From contig JYFJ02002768.1 in NCBI GenBank assembly GCA_000934665.2, positions 1 through 51,286 of the forward strand: a stretch of 51,286 bases of DNA, read 5' to 3'. A program made the position numbers and the translations under genes. Positions 43,801 to 51,286 of the stretch are shown one piece after another. The notes beneath the pieces were generated by a model. It was not told the origin of the DNA. It searched no databases and was given only the letters and a program-made list of their open reading frames with translations. Positions within the stretch are counted from its first letter, which is position 1, and every line of letters starts with the position of its first letter. Source of the stretch: Catajapyx aquilonaris (lineage: Eukaryota).

Positions 43801-44879
43801 TAAGCACCCAGCTCGCCATGCGCTCGCATGTAACTAAAAATCATTGAGCAATGCAACAGACCGTGCCTGACAAGGCCACAAGACGGACAGTGTGGTCACA
43901 CCAATGCCATGCAGGTGACACTTAACACAACGGGTTCCATCCATCACGTCCACCTCTCTGCCCAGGGGGCCACCCAGGAGTGCAGAAATTAATGTCTGAC
44001 TTTCCTTCCTGCCTTGACAGTTCTGCCTAGTGGGGCGGGCACTTCACTAACAAAAGGACGGGCCATTCCGCAAACAAACTTCCCTTCTCAACAAGTGGCA
44101 GCCAGAAAACTGAAAAGTATTGTTTTTTCTCCCACTAAATGTTCCTCATTTACCACTAATAGGGTGAAGTAAATGTTGAGTAAGAGTGTTTGCCCTAGTC
44201 AAACATGTAGATTTGCTGTATTCATTAGTCATCTATTCCTTTTTTTATATTCATTTATTATTTATTATTTTTTTTACCCCATTGGAGGGAACGAAGCCCT
44301 TTCAGAGGGGTGCATTACCACCATCTGTGCCAATTTTCCATATTTTCTTCAGACTCCGTGCAAGGACATTAAGGAAGTAGGGTAAGGATGGGGGAATTGG
44401 GAGGGGTCACAGGTGCAAGTGCAATGTCGCAAAAGGGTCATGTGCAGTCCCCCAGGAGGCCGGTTGCCAAGACGCCTCCTTACGCGCGGGCCAGAGACCC
44501 ACTGACACAGGCGAAAGGTTACTCCCGGGCGGGGATTTGAACCCAGGATTTTGCACAGCAAGCCGAGACGTTACCATTTCGGCCACTGCACCTTCTCCTT
44601 GGTCAGCTATTCTTGATAACTACCTTTCAACATTCAGTAATAATTGAATGTTTACCTCTCCTCATCTGTCTTTACAGCTCTCCGTTTGCTGGCTCCCATG
44701 ACATCATGAGACTGAATCCTGTATGATGTAGGTCCATAAGTACGCTTGGCTGATGTGTAAGAAGGACCTCCTTTTTTCCTCATCCTCTGGGGAATTTTTG
44801 ATACATCACTTGCATCTAAACCTGTTGTTGCCTTCCTCTTCCTAGCCCCAATACCTCTTCCAGAGTTCCCTGGCTTCAT
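28805..44879 (-). CDS. UTP18: U3 snoRNA-associated protein 18 homolog (WD40, SSU processome), 7 coding exons, 603 aa
   Basis: Exons 44879-44656, 40291-40004, 35758-35539, 32699-32523, 30185-29448, 29032-28893, 28829-28805. GT-AG introns with consistent phases; total 1812 nt. Hallmarks EERQLEMLVFG, PAWVDEDD, QFE..TPKWA, KRLKDL, VEFHPRSQVALVA, FNHTSEVMAMAS, VDFSPHSGFMAIAN..LLYRLKHFTDY*. Confidence 0.93.
28893..29032 (-). CDS. UTP18: UTP18 coding exon 6
   Basis: AHMPSMTVANGFP..VDFSPHSGFMAIANNQSAVLLY, with AG/GT boundaries. Confidence 0.9.
29099..29363. mobile_element. PIF/Harbinger-like MITE in a UTP18 intron
   Basis: TAA|GGGGCCGTCCATAAATTACGTGGAC ... GTCCACGTAATTTATGGACGACCCC|TAA. Confidence 0.85.
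29448..30185 (-). CDS. UTP18: UTP18 coding exon 5 (WD40 core)
   Basis: VALVA..DGRIN..FPI..AWDVR..SLAISPNGQYLACG..FNHTSEVMAMAS..VKL, ending at donor CTT|GTAAGT. Confidence 0.93.
30640..30903. mobile_element. hAT (Charlie-like) MITE
   Basis: CAGTGGTTCCCAAAC ... GTTTGGGAACCACTA with a perfect 8-bp TSD CACTAGAT. Confidence 0.9.
31404..31769 (-). mobile_element. tRNA-derived SINE, family A
   Basis: A/B-box head and shared body. TSD TATGCTTAATATT / TATGGTTAATATT. Confidence 0.85.
32523..32699 (-). CDS. UTP18: UTP18 coding exon 4
   Basis: RAGGLLA..LPSGFMHVKRLKDL..VEFHPRSQ, with phase-0 boundaries at both ends. Confidence 0.88.
32814..33027. mobile_element. hAT MITE
   Basis: CAGTGGTTTCCAACCT ... 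AGGTTGGAAACCCCTG with a perfect 8-bp TSD CCATAAAT. Confidence 0.9.
33081..33350. repeat. modular foldback minisatellite (~42-bp units in both orientations)
   Basis: The unit ATTCTGAAAAGAACTGAAATAGGGCCTTCAATTTCGATTCTG is repeated and inverted. The first ~60 bp are the near-exact reverse complement of the last ~60 bp. Confidence 0.85.
33358..35249. mobile_element. long palindromic (Kolobok-like) element with ~570-bp arms and a ~390-bp spacer
   Basis: 33358-34286 (minus the nested MITE) is the near-identical reverse complement of 34676-35249. Termini TCAA|AGGAC ... GTCCT|TTAA. Confidence 0.85.
33833..34193. mobile_element. TA-flanked MITE nested in the left arm of the palindrome
   Basis: TA|TTGTCTGACCAGAAG ... 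CTTCTGGTCAGACAA|TA, with ~100-bp imperfect TIRs. The empty site is visible in the right arm (GGTGGGTAGTAGTAC). Confidence 0.9.
35294..35493. repeat. second block of the CAGAAT / GAAATTGAAGGCCC minisatellite
   Basis: Same modules as 33081-33350, bracketed by the 19-bp direct repeat TATCGGTTTTTACTCCCTG. Confidence 0.75.
35539..35758 (-). CDS. UTP18: UTP18 coding exon 3
   Basis: HLQKQFEYTFGATPKWA followed by an acidic stretch; phase 2/0 boundaries. Confidence 0.88.
36480..37910. mobile_element. decayed inverted-repeat element (boundaries approximate)
   Basis: TGCCTTGTAAAATGAGTGACGTC (~36693) is inverted at ~37626, flanked by C-rich/G-rich mirrored arms. Confidence 0.45.
36925..37235 (+). mobile_element. 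mariner 3' remnant
   Basis: Fragments KKHMAG and DDFFCSGMEKLVSRWDKC (mariner C-terminus), then a decayed TIR AACTATTCGTCACAGCCCC. Confidence 0.6.
39057..39842. mobile_element. P-element-like (or hAT) MITE with 10-bp subterminal repeats
   Basis: Perfect 16-bp TIR CAAGGGGGTAGTCACT / AGTGACTACCCCCTTG, perfect 8-bp TSD ATAGAAAC, and arrays of GGAGAGCCG(C/A). Confidence 0.85.
39089..39298. mobile_element. TA-flanked MITE nested in the P-like element
   Basis: Near-perfect ~60-bp TIR ACGCAAAAAGAATGTCCGGGGAGAGTCTTCGTTCAGCCTGGTGGAGGCAAACCATTGCAC. Removing it restores GAGAGCCGGTGTACAC, which also occurs at ~39800. Confidence 0.9.
40004..40291 (-). CDS. UTP18: UTP18 coding exon 2
   Basis: QLEMLVFG..PAWVDEDD, ending at donor GG|GTAAGT. 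Confidence 0.9.
40407..41706. mobile_element. long palindromic MITE (~450-bp arms) with an insertion in each arm
   Basis: TATA|GGCGAAGGATCCCCGAGAATGCACTTC ... GAAGTGCATTCTCGGGGATCCTTTGCC|TATA. Inner arms 40648-40925 pair with 40975-41255. Confidence 0.85.
41278..41548. mobile_element. palindromic MITE nested in the right arm
   Basis: TATCATATCTCAATATAAATTTA ... TAAATTTATATTGAGGTATGATA, with ~115-bp arms and TA flanks. Confidence 0.75.
41711..42129. mobile_element. Tc1/mariner-superfamily MITE (CAGGGTG termini)
   Basis: TA|CAGGGTGTCAGTGAA..CCAGTCAGACCTGTACCCG ... CGGGTACAGGTCTGACTGG..GACACCCTG|TA. The sub-TIR is shared with the 15491 and 17147 elements. Confidence 0.85.
43304..43587 (+). mobile_element. 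tRNA-derived SINE with a V-domain-like core (V-SINE)
   Basis: Head AGTGGTGTAGTGGTTAGCGC..GAGTTCGATCCC; core GAGTTT..GTTCTCTCCGTGTTCGCGTAGGTTTTCTCGAGGTTCTCCCTTTCCTCCCAC; (ATT)n tail; 17-bp TSD TTATTGGTATG(T/G)CTATG. Confidence 0.85.
44239..44598 (-). mobile_element. tRNA-derived SINE, family A
   Basis: A/B-box head and shared body. TSD TTAGTCATCTATTC / TTGGTCAGCTATTC. Confidence 0.85.
44656..44879 (-). CDS. UTP18: UTP18 first coding exon (basic N-terminus)
   Basis: Acceptor CTTCACAG at 44889, ATG at 44879, donor AG|GTAAA. Joins in frame to give EERQLEMLVFG. Confidence 0.75.
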
Positions 44880-45279
44880 GACCGCAACCTGTGAAGTAGA
44901 TATTATGAGTACATGACATAAACTCTTCCACTTGGTATAAAGACCAAATGCAATATAATTCTTCCAGTTTACCCTCGTTCAATTTCAGTCACAAACTTTA
45001 GGCTGATATAGCGTCACTGCATGTGTCCCTATAGTTCTACCTGCTTGGAGCTGATGATTCGCCCTAACACGACGGCTTTGTAATTCTTCGGATGCCAGGT
45101 CTCGACATGTACCGCGTTGCCTGGAGGATGGGTCTTGCCCAATAGCAGTTGACTGTTGAGGTGTTTGGGAGTAATTTGCTGCACTGAAGGATAAGTACAG
45201 GAATTCAACCGGGGCCCGCAGCTATCACCCCGCCTATGCAAAAGCACCTGGGAGTCCCAGGAGCGTGCAACAGCACCAA

Positions 45280-45545
45280 CTAAGAGACGCCATCTTTCTA
45301 CAAACAGGAAATGGACACCGGAAAAAGCATGTGACGCTGTGGTACACTCTGGTCTGGTGGTAATAATCATTAGTAAATTATCAATTAATATTGAAAATAT
45401 GTTCTTTCGATATGAATTGTATGAATTTTCATTGTGCTGGTAATTTAACTTAGGAGATTTGATAACAACTCTAGAGGCGTAACTGCCACTCCCTACCCAT
45501 TGGATCGCTGCGATCGCTTCGGTCCAGCGCGCCATTTGAACACTG
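45280..45545 (-). promoter_or_regulatory. candidate TATA-less promoter and 5' UTR exon of UTP18
   Basis: Locally CpG-rich. Minus-strand AAATGGCG and AAGATGGCG (YY1-like) and TTCCGGT (ETS-like) motifs. Candidate donors CAG|GTGCT and CAG|GTAGA downstream. Confidence 0.35.
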
Positions 45546-45841
45546 GATAAGGGTGCTCCTACTATACTGTACCCAATTAAAGGACTACTTGAGCGTATTT
45601 TTGGTAGGATATATTAATTAACCCTTTTTACAACGGCTCTTGTACTTTCTCACTTAACATCGTATTGCAATGAACAACAGCATGCTAACTTGTAAGTTAC
45701 GTTTTCTTACCATTTATAATACAGTCAAGTTCTCTTTATGATGCAAAACACAACTGTAGAGTACATGCATTTCTTTAAATCAAGATTCGCATAATTCAGA
45801 CAGAAAAAACAGCTCATCCTTTTGAGACAAAAAACGTTTAA

Positions 45842-46761
45842 CCGTGGAACTGTGTCGTGTGGTCTTTAGTCTTTTAGGACCACAAAGGAATTAAAATGCA
45901 CCGCAATGAGTGACCTTGAAACGATAATGACCTGAAACTCCGTGTATTCCTCAAAAAAACTTCATTTCATGGATCAAATCCGGTTTCATAATATTCACAC
46001 CTATACCAAAATGTAGATAATAAGTCATTGATTATGGACCCATGCTCTCGTGGGGTCCAAAAAGACCCCACATCATGGTTCCTGGCATACTCGTTTGTGT
46101 CAGTTCTTATTGCAAGCTATATTTTCAGTGAAGTACCTTCAGGTTGATATTCGCCTTTTACAAAACTCCCTACGCCATCAAATCATGCACTCACGCTGGA
46201 CTAGAGTACACAGTATTTCATTTTGTCACCCAACCTCGCATATGCGAAAGAAAACTCCACTACAAAAATTAAGTGTTGCCATTTAAAAAAAGTATATAAC
46301 AGGAAGTGCATGTTTATTTTGAATTAGCACGTCGTCAGGAATGGTGGACATTGGCCTTGCTACTCCTGTGCCCGGAGCAGTGTAAAACGACTGTAAAACT
46401 AGGTTAATTTTGATGGGATTCATTTTATTTTTCAAGGTAGTAAGGTAGTAAGGGTAGAAGGGTAGTAAGGTAAGGTAAAGGTTTTAAGAAGGTAATAGTA
46501 TACTTCTGCATATCCTGATGACCCTAAAAATTAATATTGCAATTATGTTGGAAGATAATTGAGGTCTGGTTCCGCTTATGAGGTTTTGCATTGCATTTTG
46601 CTCTTGGGCCCGAAAAAGCTACTTCCAATTGAAATATTTCTTTGAGCTCAACATGTGTATGAAATACAGTATGTGTGTGACAAAATGCTCCTTCCAGCAT
46701 ATTTAAGATTGGTCCACAACACAAGGAAGTGACACAAGGACCCCACGACACGGTTCCAGGG
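45842..46761. mobile_element. piggyBac-like non-autonomous element
   Basis: TTAA|CCGTGGAACTGTGTCGTG ... CACGACACGGTTCCAGGG|TTAA. Shares interior sequence, inverted, with 10084-10365. Confidence 0.75.
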
Positions 46762-46944
46762 TTAACATAACTAAACACAAAATGACAATGCCATAGCTGT
46801 ACCGTATTCTTCCAATTTAGTCCATCATCATACTCACTGTCTATTGTACTCCTCCTGAGAAGATGCATACTGTATCTTTACCAATAAGACTCAGTCAGTG
46901 CAGGGAGGATCATTGCATAGTATTTGAAAACAATCCAGATTCTA

Positions 46945-47225
46945 GGTTGTGATGCAGACAGCAGGTACACATTTTGTCTGAGGACCTGAGTTGGATCCCC
47001 AGGTCGGACAGAGGATTCGTATGTGAAATAGCTTCTATGAGTTCTCTCTGTGTGCCTGTTTCTTCCCACCGCTTCCAACAATCAAAATTCATCATCAGTG
47101 CAGGTCGGTGCAGCCAATGAAAAAAGGCAGGCATTGAAATGAGGATCCTCTAACAGTAAGTCTAACAATAACAGGTCACACGCCTATCACAGGGGGATAT
47201 ATCTATTGTTGTTGTTGTTATTTAT
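46945..47225 (+). mobile_element. second, decayed V-SINE copy
   Basis: CCTGAGTTGGATCCCCAGGTCGGACAGAGGATTCGTATGTG..GTTCTCTCTGTGT..ATCAAAATTCATCA aligns with 43355-43480. Tail CTATCACAGGGGGATAT followed by (TTG)n. Confidence 0.65.
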
Positions 47226-48049
47226 TCATTAATTAAAACAATTTTTGCTAATTTCAAACACCCACAATCTAAGTACGTACAACACCACATCATCACCCCA
47301 TCACCAGATGTTCATTCTAGGAAGATTGATTAACTTAAATCATATTGAGGAAGTAGTCTACATACATTGGTAGCAGTTTTATGGCACAGAAAACATCAAC
47401 TCCAAAAACCATCATTCACTCATATGACAGGAGTAGCACACTTTGTTACAAATACTTGATGTTCATAGTGCAAATACTATACAGCTAATAATACTGTACC
47501 ATATTATCTTCTATATGTAGCCTACGCGTATAATATGTACCGTTCGTTGCCTAAAAAAAGGAACTGTCTGGCTTACGCTTCAGTCGCAGTTTTCTTGACT
47601 GTGCAAATAAAACTGCTCATCCTTTCTACAACATAAAACTGGTTTAACATATATGCTTAGTATCAATTAAAGCAAAAGCGCGATTTTTCGTCCTCTGTTG
47701 GTGCTGTACCTTATACCAAAGGTACTATTAAGCAAATATTATGGTGGCACCTTCACTTGTAGTTCTTATGGAAAAATAACTACGATTGGCCTAGCAATAA
47801 ATTCTCTTTGAGTGCGACTGGTCGAAAAATTCACACGATCGTTTTGTTTATATAGGCGTTTTAAACCGGTTTTAGGTTTATGTGTCTCAAAAGGACGAGC
47901 GTTTTATCCGTCATGATCGTGAAAACCGCGAATTAATCCAATACCAGTTAAGTTCCTTTTTTAAGGCGTAAAGAAATCCCATGTGCTATGAACAGAGAGC
48001 AATCGCACCTATTCCGACCCCTCTCCCTTCCACCTACCCCGCACCACCC

Positions 48050-48290
48050 CCCCGTCCCCCCCTTGTTTGAAGATGGCCGCTTGCAAGATGTCCGTAGGAG
48101 CCGCCGCGCTGGCTGATTGAGTGAACCCACCTTCACGGGGTTCCATCTCCTGGGCCGCCGGTGCCCTAACCACTACGTTGTGCATCAGTTACCAAAGACT
48201 TCCCGGAGGCCACTTCGGAGAATGACGTGGCATTCTCTTCCTGAATCAGTCCAATAGTATAAAGTTCCACCCCCACATGTGAGTATTCGA
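48050..48290 (+). promoter_or_regulatory. candidate CpG-rich promoter / 5' region of SFSWAP
   Basis: AAGATGGCCG, ACTTCCCGG, TGACGT and CCAAT motifs just upstream of the DRY_EERY exon. Confidence 0.35.
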
Positions 48291-48507
48291 TTTAACCCTT
48301 TCGGGCACTCTTAACACCTATATGGGGGGCTCATTTTGTTGAGTGTTATGTACAGCCTCGACAGTGTCCGACATGCAACGGGAGCGACGTGCCAGACCAG
48401 GTTATATATGTTGACAAAAAAAAGGGGGGGTGGTGCCAGAGATTGTGGGATTTGTATGGCTTTGCATGAGAATTGTGATTGGAGAGTGGGTCCTGTCGGG
48501 TTTCAGC

Positions 48508-48861
48508 ATGGAGGTGGATGTGGGGGCAACGGCAGTGCAAGAGGAGGACCTTCTTGTGTTTGGGTACTCCTGCAAGCTCTTTCGGGATGACGAGCGGGCC
48601 TGCCAGCAGGATAAAGGGCAGCATCTTATCCCATGGATGGGCAATCCAGTCCTTCTCATCGACCGGTATGATGCCAGGGGGGCATTGTATGACCTGAGTG
48701 GGGTTGAGAAAGGGGAGGGAGATGGGGTGATGCTGGAGGAGGAAGAGGAGGAGAGAATGGCAGAGGATGAGCGATGGAGGTCACTCAGGGGTGACGAGGA
48801 GGAGGCAGAGCTCTACAGAGAGGAAGAACTTAAGCGGGCAGCACAGCAACAGTATGCACAG
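48508..48861 (+). CDS. SFSWAP: splicing factor suppressor of white-apricot homolog, N-terminal DRY_EERY exon; gene continues beyond the window
   Basis: [47 protein letters not shown], ending at donor CAG|GTATG (48861/48862). The true start codon is uncertain. Confidence 0.92.
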
Positions 48862-48903
48862 GTATGGAAACAACTAATTGCAGATCTTTAAATAAGTTCA
48901 TAA

Positions 48904-49987
48904 AGGGACACTCCACTCAAATGCAAGTAGGGCTCTAAGAATCTGGCAAAAAATCTTGATTCCGAAGATGCAATCGGGTTTTTTTCTACACAGAACAGAA
49001 AAGCCAGGATGAGGCGTTAAAGTCTCAGAATTTGCGTCGTCTGCTAATGAGCTGCCCCTCCAGGCCAGTCCGCCGCCCCGCACGAGCCGTCACCAGGTAC
49101 TAGGTGAAACTGGTAAAGGTCGTGGGTTTTGCGCCAATTTTGAAGGGGGTTTCTGTGGACGGCATGCTACCTATTAACTGTGGGCAATAAATCTGCTCAC
49201 TACAGCACTGTTACTTTACGGGCCTGGGTTTAGACTCGCTCCTGACTGTTTATGAAAGGCCCACATCTGCTATCCAGCAGATCCAAATAACAAAGGCGAC
49301 CTGCGGGCACGGACGGAACTTGACACATTTGTTAACTCTAAGCACTTGCGAAAGACGTGTGTGATGTGAGCCCTTTCGAATGGGCATATCAGAGTGTGCC
49401 TGGAACCAAGCAGGATGGATGAGCAGGGAGCTCCTGGTGTCGGTACTTCCGCTGATCCATTTTGTGTAGTCTGTCGGCGCTGCACCCGTGAAGTCAGCCA
49501 CAAGGGTCTCAAAATTGTTTCATTTTTGTGTTGAAAGGAACATTTGATGCGCCAATAGCAAGCAGCGCTGAATTTACCTCCAATGTATGCACCCAAGGCA
49601 AATCATCCGGTGTATAGATCATTTTGACAGGGAGTCACTATTTCCCTACACACCACATCAGAAGAGGCGGACACTGAAGCCCAACGCTGTTCCTAAAGTG
49701 CAGGTAGGCTTATTCTGGGACAGATTAGTGTAAATATCAGATCAGCATCAGACTATCTGCTACTGCGCCTATTATTCCAGCGTGGACCAAAGATGGCGTG
49801 ACCTGAGCCAATTTCTGCCAGGTCCCAGTGGAGGCACTGCTGTCTTGCGTCATATATGAATTGCTGAACTTTGAAGGCTCGCCGTGGCCTGACCGTTCGT
49901 CTCTCAGAAAAACTGCTTGTACCCTCGGAATCAGGATTTTTTGTCAGACTTTTAGAGCCCGACTTGCATTTTGAACGGAGTGTCCCT
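48904..49987. mobile_element. Kolobok-like non-autonomous element in the SFSWAP intron
   Basis: AGGGACACTCCACTCAAATGCAAGT ... ACTTGCATTTTGAACGGAGTGTCCCT with imperfect TTAA flanks. A longer relative of 27567-27973. Confidence 0.8.
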
Positions 49988-50747
49988 TTTAATCTTGGCT
50001 GGTGATAGGGGAAGGGAAACAGCACGTAAGTAAATGCTAATGGCCACAAGGGCTGAAATTCAATGTAGAGCGTGGTGCTTTACTCATTTGCAGAAAACTG
50101 GGTCTCTTGGGGTTTTTATCACTTCACAGGTGAAATCTTCAAAATATTAGAAGAATCATGGATGTGACGTGTGAAATAGTGCCCATCACAGCATGAGGTG
50201 GCTGCCAAAAGCGGCTAATAACTTCATTTTTTGTAATTTTTGAGTTAGCACCCACCATTAAAATCTGAAGTAAAGGCTCACCTAATGAGCCAAAGAGCCG
50301 GATCTAAATGAGCTTTCTTGGGGCCATAACAAGGGGAGGAAATCAGGGAAATTAGTCAAAGCCAGATATCGTCGTCAAACGTGATCACTGAAGTCAGCTA
50401 TCTTCAGCTGATGATAGTATTGCATCGTTCCGGATGGAACACTTCTCCATGTTTTTCCCAGGGTTTTCCAAGCAAATGCACTTATTCTGCCAGCAGTGAC
50501 AATGACAAGAGTCCCGGTTTACAAACAATCCAAATTATGGCGATCTGTACTTACAAACGGGCTCCCACAGCTCCCCATAAGGATCAATAATAATTTTATC
50601 CCTCCACTCTCAATCACTTATGCATACATTGACCAGCACCAAGTTCAACATTAATACTGGATGATTAAATTAATAATTCAGGAACAACTTTCTTCTGGTC
50701 ATAATTAGAATCCGGATTTTTAGGCAAATGCCCATTTAATTCCTTAA

Positions 50748-51286
50748 GGGCGCACGGTCACGACGATTTTTCCCACTCGCGGAGGCCAAGTTGGGCAGAG
50801 GGACGGGTGCAGCGTTGTGTTCGCACCGCCTGTGTGGCCGTCTCGCTGGAGGTGCGGACCTGAAATTGTCACAGCATGGCGACGAAGAGCCAATTGAGCC
50901 TCCCGACCAAGGCTCGATCAATTCGGATAATAATTGCGCAATCTAGAAGGGGAAGAGTTTTTAAAAAACGGGTCACGGCATCTTGGCCCAGGATGCGAAT
51001 TTGGGAAGAATCTCGACGTCTCACAATGGCCTTAGCCCTCCTCTTGCTACTCCTCCAAAGCGCGATTTTTTGGGCCGGTGGTTTTTGCGCAAGTAGAAAA
51101 ATGCCGTCACCCCCGCAACAAGTAAAATAGCCGGGAGAACTCGCTGATGAAGAGCGGTTGGTAGTGCAGCCGAGGCCCCCCACCCCACTTCAACCAACCC
51201 TACTCTCCACTTGCTTGCTGCAGGGGGGAACCGGATTGGGATGGTTTTTGGGCTAAAAGGGTACGGACGATGCCTGGTGTTCTGCG
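50748..51286. mobile_element. probable TTAA-flanked (Kolobok-like) element, left part
   Basis: Abrupt switch to CpG-rich sequence after TTAA|GGGCGCACGGTCACGACGATTTT. The other end is not in the window. Confidence 0.35.

Noticed and set aside
42130..44100. possible decayed LINE ORF1/gag on the minus strand
   Set aside because: Only vague Cys/His hints among many stop codons; not supportable by eye.

Overview
Eukaryotic genomic DNA, most likely from a chitin-making invertebrate such as an arthropod (inferred from the chitin deacetylase-like gene and the transposon families present). No prokaryotic features, CRISPR arrays, rRNA or true tRNA genes were seen. There are four protein-coding loci: (1) a 1.9-kb minus-strand exon of an unidentified, low-complexity protein (1038-2947); (2) a complete 7-exon secreted chitin deacetylase-like gene (+, 20001-22786, 378 aa) that lacks both Zn-binding His residues and the catalytic His; (3) a complete UTP18 gene with 7 coding exons (-, 44879-28805, 603 aa); (4) the DRY_EERY exon of SFSWAP/su(wa) (+, 48508-48861), head-to-head with UTP18. 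Most of the rest is a dense, often nested set of non-autonomous transposons: mariner, a DD41D Tc1/mariner, pogo-like, PIF/Harbinger, piggyBac, Kolobok, hAT, P-like and Helitron elements, an R1/LOA-type LINE relic, and three tRNA-derived SINE families, one with a V-domain. The most interesting signals are the probable pseudo-enzyme deacetylase, modular SINEs whose 3' stem-loops covary in sequence, and several long palindromic elements inside UTP18 introns. I found no clearly novel multi-gene system. All coordinates and alignments were done by eye, and family assignments rest on recalled consensus motifs.
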